From Chiloscyllium plagiosum (lineage: Eukaryota), in NCBI RefSeq assembly GCF_004010195.1, contig NW_025215201.1:1-42130 (forward strand): a stretch of 42,130 nt of DNA, read 5' to 3'. The position numbers were made by a program, and so were the translations under genes. The notes beneath the pieces were generated by a model. The model was given only the letters and a program-made list of their open reading frames with translations. It was not told the origin of the DNA and did no database searches. Shown piece by piece: positions 35,585 through 42,130 of this stretch. Position 1 is the first letter of the stretch, and each line of letters opens with the position of its first letter.

Positions 35585-36678
35585 AGACTGGAGGTTGGCT
35601 ATCGTGTTGCTACTATTTAAGGAAGGCAGTAAAGAAAATCCAGGAAACTATAGACTGTTGAGCCTGACATCGGTGGGCAAGTTGTTGGAGGGAATCGTAA
35701 GGAACAGGATGTACATGTATTTGGAAAAGCAAGGACTGATTCGGGACAGTCAACATTGCTTTCAGGTGGGAAATCATGTCTCACAAACTTGATTGAGATT
35801 TTCGAAGAAGTAACAGAGTGGATAGATGAGAACAGAGCGGTGGATGTGATCTTTATGGATTTCAGTAAGGCGTTCAACAAGATTCCCCGTGGGAGACTGG
35901 TTAGCAAGGTTAGATCTCACGGAATACAGGGAGAACTAGCCAATTGCTACAGAACTGGCTCAAAGGTAGAAGACAGAGTATGGTGGGGGTGGTTGGTTTT
36001 CAAACTGGAGACCAGTGCAATGACACAAGTATCAGTGCTGGTCCAATACTTTGCATTGTTTACATAAATGATTTGGATGTGAGCATAAGAGGTATAGTTT
36101 ATAAGTTTTCAGTTGACGACAGATTGCAGGTGTCGTGGTCAGCGAAAGAGGTTACTTCCGATAACAATGGGATCTTGATCAGATGGGCCAATGGGCTGAG
36201 AAATGGCAGATGGAGTTTAATTCAGATAAATGCGAGGTGCTGCATTTTGCAAAAGCAAATCTTTGCTGGACTTATACACTTAATAGTAAGGTCTAACGAA
36301 GTGTTGCTGAACATAGAGATATTGGAGTGCAGGTTCACAGCTCCTTGAAAGCAGAGTTGCAGGTAGGTATGATAGTGAGGAAAGCATTTGGTATGCTTTC
36401 TTTTATTCGTCAGACTACTGAGCACAGGAGTTGGGAGGTCATGTTATGGCTGTACAGGACATTGGTTAGGTCACTTTTGGAATATTGTGGGCAATTCTGG
36501 TCAACGTCCTATTGTAAGGATGTTGTGAAAATTGAAAGGGATCAGAACATATTTACAAGGATGTTGCCAGGATTGGAGGGTTTGAGCTCTCGGGAGAGGC
36601 TGAACAGGCTGGGGCTGTTTTCCCCAGACCGTCGAAGGGTACAGAGGTTTATGAGGGGCATGGAGAGGGTAAAGAGAC
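35585..36678 (+). mobile_element. Decayed CR1 ORF2 (RT to C-terminus)
   Basis: DWRLAIV.LLFKEGSKENPGNYR, GKSCLTNLIEIFEEVT..DVIFMDFSKAFNKIPRGRLVSKVRSHGIQGELAN and LYRTLVRSLLEYCGQFWS motifs, with frameshifts. Confidence 0.93.
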
Positions 36679-36755
36679 ACACTCTTTGGTGGGTCGGTGT
36701 GGACTTGTTGGGCCAAAAGGCCTGTTTCTATAATGTAGGGAATCTAAACTAATCA
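36679..36755 (+). mobile_element. HE1-SINE/HER1-type 3' tail fused to the CR1 fragment
   Basis: ACTCTTTGGTGGGTCGGTGTGGACTTGTTGGGCCAAAAGGCCTGTTTCT..GTAGGGAATCTAAACTAATC matches the tail of the SINE at 6538-6866. Confidence 0.75.
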
Positions 36756-36759
36756 AACT

Positions 36760-36985
36760 ACCTGTGCACTTTTCACAAGACCCCATCCCTTTGTTTAACT
36801 ATGGCATGTGTACCAATTGCACAATGACCTCTGGCTTTTCACGCTCCCCCTTCAGAATGTTCTGCAACCGCTCAGAGACATTCTTGACCTTGGGACCCAG
36901 GAGGGAGCAGACCATCCTGGGGTCACTTCTGCAGCCACACAGTCTCCTGCTTGTCCCCCTCACAACGGAGTCACCTATCAGTATC
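36760..36985 (-). mobile_element. CR1 ORF1 SGNH-esterase fragment
   Basis: LIGDSVVRGTSRRLCGCRSDPRMVCSLLGPKVKNVSERLQNILKGEREKPEVIVQ, with the GDS block typical of the CR1 ORF1 esterase. Confidence 0.85.
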
Positions 36986-37029
36986 AATATTATCAGTATC
37001 TCCTATCAGTATCATTAGACAGAGACTGT

Positions 37030-38200
37030 GAGGACCAACCTGCAGTTGGGTCTATGTTTGGAAAGTGGGAGTATTTTAAAGTGCTACAGTGAGAATCCAG
37101 GGCCAGCGTGTTCCTATGGAGTGAATAGTAAAGGCCACGTGTCCAGCAAACACTGATTCAGCGATATTGTGAGTTTCATAAAGAAAGTAGAGTGCAATAA
37201 AAACAGGTGAAGCTCTTCAAAATTTCATCGAGTGAAAGGGGATTGTCGAAAATGAAAGGCAAACAATAGACAAGAAATATATTTGGCAAATATGATTGAG
37301 GAAAAGCCACAAGATATTGTATCAGCTTGTTAGATAAAGAGGATTACTGGGAAAAGAGTGGGGCCTATTAGAAACCAAAGGGGCAATCGGTACATGGAGC
37401 CAGAGGAAGTAGGTGAGGTCTTCAATGAATATTCCCATCTGTATTCACACAGGAGAAAGACATTGTAGCCGGGGATTTAAGTGGAATGGTGTGAACCCAG
37501 AACATGTTAAAATCAATAAGAAAGCGGTATTAAATGTTTTCACAGGTATAAAAGGTGGAGAAATCCCCAGTGCCCAATGAAATGTGTCTCAGGCTGCTGT
37601 GGAAGGTAAGGGAGGAGATTGCTGGGGCACTGGCAGAGAAATGTAATACTTTGCTGGCCACAGGTGAAATTCAAGAAGGGCAGCAGGGATAGGCCAGGTA
37701 TTTAGAGAGTATAGCCCAACATCAGTGCGAGGGAAATTATTGGAAACAATTGTGAGGGTCAATTTGAATTAATAATTGGAAAGGCAGGGATCGATTAGGG
37801 ATACTCAGTACAGATTTGTTAGGAGAAGATCCTGTCTGATGACTTCAGCTAATTTTTCTTTGATATTACAATTAAAAATATTGATGAGGGCAGTGCAGAT
37901 GACGTAGGTTCCATGGAGTTCATTAAGGTCTTTGACAAGGTCTCACATGGACGGCTCATCCAAATGGGAAGAGCCCACGGGATCCAAAGCATATGCAAAT
38001 TGGATCCAAAATTGGTGGAAGGTTGGTTTTGTCCAGCGGGTGTACCACAGGGATCTGTGCAGCAACCGTTGCTCTTTATTATGTACATTAATGAGTTGCA
38101 TGTGAAAGCAGAAAGTATCATTAGTAGGTTTCCAGATGACATGAAAGGTGAAGGTGTTGTCCACAGTGAGCAGGACGGTCTCAGGCTACAGTCTGAAGGT
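37030..38200 (+). mobile_element. Decayed CR1 ORF2 (linker and RT)
   Basis: VGPIRNQRGN..MEPEEVGEV.NEY, EFIKVFDKVSHGRLIQ, GVPQGSV..PLLFIMYINEL and ISRFPDDMK motifs. Confidence 0.85.
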
Positions 38201-38284
38201 TGAGGCTGGATCACAATTTCAAGAGAGTCATTTCAATTGACAAGGCAGGCAAGAGCCCAGCAGGCGATGAGGGAAAACCGATGT

Positions 38285-38670
38285 ATTAAGCTGCATTTAC
38301 TTTGATATAAAATGCCTGACAGGAAAGCAGATGAATGCACGGTATGGATAGGAATATGGGACTGGGATAATACAGGAATTACAGAGGTACAGCTGAGGGA
38401 AGGATAGGCCAAGCAACTTAATGTTCTGGGGTACAGATGCTACAGGAAGAAGCGAAGGAGACGCATTTGAGGAGGAAGAGGAGCGGATGTTTTGATCAGT
38501 GAAAACATCACTGCAGAATGTAGAGAGGATATTCCTCGTGATCGCTCAGTGAAGCTGGAATAGTGAAACTGAGAAATGAGAATGGGTAGTCAGTTTGGTA
38601 TGACTGTACTACAGGCCCTCAGCAGTCAGCAGGAATTTGAGCAACAAATATGTGGGAGATGTCAGATATT
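38285..38670 (+). mobile_element. CR1 ORF2 N-terminal endonuclease fragment
   Basis: CIYFD...LTGKADE..VWIGIWDWD..GITE..L, LNVLGYRCYRK and LYYRP motifs. Confidence 0.78.
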
Positions 38671-38985
38671 TGGTCCACATGATGTGACATAGGTACAGTG
38701 TTGGAGGGACAGCACAGTACAGAAAGTTCCCAGTCAGCATTATAACCCTTCACGGGAAGCCTGCTTTCCCCTCTGTTGTACCGATGCTCGCTAAGACAGC
38801 ACAGGCCTGGATTGATAACTGTGCCACCCCCGGTGCCGACTTATATAACAAAACGTACAGTCGGGGTAGTGATTGAGCCTGGGGTGTGTCTGTACTGTGC
38901 TCCCCCTCCAGCACTATATCTATGTCATGTCTTGTTAGCTGATGTTTGGAGCTCTCTAATGGCTCTGTGCACTGAGTGATCTTAC

Positions 38986-39119
38986 CTCACTGCAGGATTT
39001 ATTGAAGACTCCAGATTTCCCTGCACCTTGTCTCTCTGGTTGACCGACCATCTTCAATGTGGCGATGGACGATACACCAGCAATTGGGAAGTCTATTGAG
39101 TCAGAAACTTCCTGAGTAC
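38986..39119 (-). other. Candidate exon, copy C, with damaged acceptor; from ATG 39051 encodes MVGQPERQGAGKSGVFNKSCSE
   Basis: Donor GAG|GTAAGA is intact. The acceptor reads TCTCTCTATCTCCTGTAC (AG>AC). 17 of 22 aa are identical to copy A with no indel after the ATG. Confidence 0.4.
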
Positions 39120-39479
39120 GTACAGGAGATAGAGAGATAGACAGAATGGGAAATTAGACTGATGCAATCAGGGTTACATGTAGAGAATGGCACTGAGTTC
39201 GACAGAGATCTGGAAAATCCCAGTCTCCATCTATGGCTTGTGCTGCTGCGTCTCTTTGGAGTGGAGAACTCTGTTGGCTCAGGAGCTGCAGTAGATACAA
39301 GAGTGAGAGGCGCTGACAGAGGCAGCAATTAGACCCTCACAGTGTAGGTTACCACATGGAGAGAGACCGCGTGATATCACTAGAGTGCAGGAAGATGGCA
39401 GGATCGCACAATTGTGTCGGAAGAATGGGTTTTGCTTCATGATGCACTGGTATAACTGGTCAGGATTGAGCAACCAGTG

Positions 39480-39848
39480 AGCAGGCGAAGTGATGGCCTA
39501 GTGGTATTATTGTTAGCGCATGTATCCCAAACCTCAGCTAATGTTCAGGGGAGGCAGGTTTGAATACTACCATTTGAAATGGTGGCATTTCAAATGAATA
39601 TACTTTTTAAAAATTGGAATTAACAATCCATAAATAAGTATTGATAAAAATCCAAACAATTGACCTTCAAAGAAAGACAACAGTTCACTCTCATGTGGTC
39701 TACACGAAATACCCACAGCAAAGTGTTTGCCTCTCAATTACCAACTGATGTGGCCGAGCCAGCTGCTCAGCTCAAGGGCAGGACATGGATGGACAATAAA
39801 GGCTAGTCAGCCAGAGACACCCACATCCCATAACTGATTTAAAAAAAA
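39480..39848 (+). mobile_element. SacSINE1-like Deu-SINE (same insertion as 17800-18178)
   Basis: TGGCCTAGTGGTATTAT head and GCCAGAGACACCCACATCCCAT..AAAAAAAA tail, with the same flanks as in unit A. Confidence 0.77.
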
Positions 39849-41330
39849 TCCATTCAGATTGTCCCAATGGAACTGTGCTGGGACCAGTGTGGTGGCCAAT
39901 GGGCAGGGCTTTAAACTGACGGAGTGGAGGCAGGGACAGCGTTCAGGTGAAAGGAGCTTTCCAAATCCAAAGAGAAAAGGTGAAGTATGGGAGCAGCATG
40001 AGGATGTTGCTGAAGACAACAGAAAGGAACAGGATGGGACGAAGTTTAACTAAAACTGTACATCAGCAAATCCATTTGTGACAGGAAATTGTGGGAAAAA
40101 GTAAATTATGTTTTTTTTTTGGAATAGATAAAGTCTCTTCAATAAGGTAGATTGATTTGTGACACAGAGATAAAAGAGATTTAGACACCAGAGAGATGTG
40201 GTTACAGGGTGAACAAAAGGTGGACATAAATATTCAATGGATCACAATCTTGCGGAAACTCAGGCAAAATGGGTAACGCTAACAATAATGGATAACATAG
40301 ACCTTACAGAGAAAGCATTTGGTCTCAGATCATGAAGTAGAGTCAGTCTGAATGCAAATTCTGGCTATTACTTGCCAAGGACACAAGCAGCAGAACAGTT
40401 TTAGATCACTGAACAGTATTTCATTGCTCGTCACTGCAAAAAATAGGAACTCATTGGAATTTTTAATAAAGGCACTGTGAAAATTTAGTGAAATGTCAAT
40501 ATTCGCATAATCTGGAACAATCACACTGACAACAGTGATATTCGAAGAGGATTTCAGAGATTTTTTTTCAGTCTTTCTTTGAATAACACATTGTGCAACT
40601 GGCTAGGGGTGTAACCGTCTCAGAGCGACAGTTGTGTGATGAAACTGAGTGAATGAGTAATGTCACCTGGAGTGATCCTCTGGGAAATGTTGATAAAATT
40701 CCGTTTAAAGAAATATAAAGTTTTAAAGTGAATCATACAAAGGACAAGCTACAACTAGAAACAAAAATAGCCAATTACATGAGTTGGAGAGGAGAACTGA
40801 CCAAGATAAACAGGCTAAACAGACTGAAATATGTGCCTCGAAATGAACAGTGGAAAACATTTGAAGGAACAGTGTAAAATACTCAACAAAAGGACATTCC
40901 ACTGAAACAGACAAAAACTCAACAAGAAATCCCCACTGGTCCCTCACTCAGGATAAAATGGATCATACTAGATTATGAGGCTGCGAAAATCACCACAAAG
41001 AACTTAAAATCCGAAAGTGAGAGGGTGTTTTAGGAGTAAATGTTGAAGGAATTGTAAAGGATCTGCTGGTAGGGGGAGGGCAGTGGGAAGGGGAATCGCT
41101 GTCAGGGCTCATTGACACGATAGAACAGGGGGAGCTGAAGGTGCTGGAGATGGTGAAAGTGTTACAGAGAGTGGTCAGGGCCTGAACGGTGTTACGAAGC
41201 CAGTACGACTTGCTGCAGCTGGAGGCGTTTGCAGAAGTAGGGAGGGATAGATGTATTTTTATTTATTCATTCATGGGATGTGGGTGTCACTGCCTGGACA
41301 AGCATTCTTTGACCCCATGCTAATTACCCA

Positions 41331-42110
41331 GAGATTGCTGGGGGCCCTGGTGGATATATTTAATACTTTGCTGGCCACAGGTGAAGTGCTGAATGACTGG
41401 AGGATAGCTAATGTGGTTCCTTTATTCAGGAAGGGCAGCAGGGATAGGCCAGGTAATTACAGAGCAGATAGTCTGACAGCAGGGGGAGGGAAATTATTGG
41501 AAACAACTGCGAGGATGAATCGACACTTGCAAAGGTAAGGACCAGTTCGGTTTAGTCATCACGGATTTGGCAGAGGGATGTCTGAGGAATTCAGTTCAGT
41601 CTTTTTGAAATGGTGCTTAAGAATATTGCAGATGATGTGGTTTACATGGACTCGAATAAGTCCTTTGACAATATCCAAAATGGAAGGCTGGTCCAAAAGG
41701 ACTGGGTTCCAAGGCAAGTTGGCAAATTGGATGCAAAATTGGTGGATAGAATACTTTCACCAAAGGTTGTACCACAGGGATCTGTGCAGGAACCATTGAA
41801 CATTAATAACTCGGATGTGAAAGCAGAAGGTATCATTAGTCGGTTTGCAGATGACATGAAAGGTGAGGGTGTTGTTCACAGTGAGGGGGATGGTCTCCGT
41901 CTGCAGTCCGATGTCGATCAGATGATAATCTAAGCAGAGTTTAGTTCTGATCGAAGTGAGGTAATACTCTGTGGGAGGTACGATAAGCGAAGGACAGACA
42001 TAATGAACGGTAGGTCCTTGCGGAGTACTGAGGAATACAGGGACCATGGTGGACAAGTCCATAGATCCCTAAAGGTGTCAGCACGGGGAGACAGGGTGGG
42101 AAAGGCACCT
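41331..42110 (+). mobile_element. Decayed CR1 RT fragment, paralogous to 37615-38195
   Basis: DWRIANVVPLFRKGSRDRPGNYR, VVYMDSNKSFD, VPQGSVQEP and ISRFADDMK motifs. Shares idiosyncratic sequence with the 37.6-38.2 kb copy. Confidence 0.87.
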
Positions 42111-42130
42111 CAACTGGGAGCGGGAGAGGG

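Larger units (their letters stand above)
38675..41330. repeat. Segmental duplication unit C (close paralogue of 17110-19655, truncated on the right)
   Basis: Continuous alignment to unit A including the plus-strand SINE. The offset at the exon donor is 21678 bp. Confidence 0.9.

Noticed and set aside
35585..38670. Intact or active CR1 retrotransposon or domesticated RT gene
   Set aside because: The pieces are in mixed orientation and non-native order, with many stops and frameshifts.

Overview
This is eukaryotic, repeat-dominated DNA, very likely from a cartilaginous fish. The basis is HE1-type V-SINEs, SacSINE1-like Deu-SINEs and HER1/CR1 LINEs, recognised from memory of these families rather than by a search. 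Bases 1-15949 are a long minisatellite of 28/29-bp units (consensus CCCCCAGTGTTGGGTGTGTAATGTACCCT) with nested higher-order repeats, a 44-N gap and one clean SINE insertion. Bases ~16-42 kb are a mosaic of decayed CR1 LINE pieces, SINEs, one RTE fragment and degenerate purine-rich repeats. This part is organised as three paralogous tandem segments (A ~17.1-26.6 kb, B ~26.6-33 kb, C ~38.7-41.3 kb), with hints of a fourth starting at the right edge. Each segment carries a homologous minus-strand exon-like stretch with a GTAAG donor and a polypyrimidine-tract acceptor (AG mutated in C). This points to a tandemly duplicated, probably partly decayed gene or lncRNA family that I cannot name. No intact, identifiable protein-coding gene, RNA gene or CRISPR system is supported. 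Boundaries of old TE fragments are approximate and read by eye.
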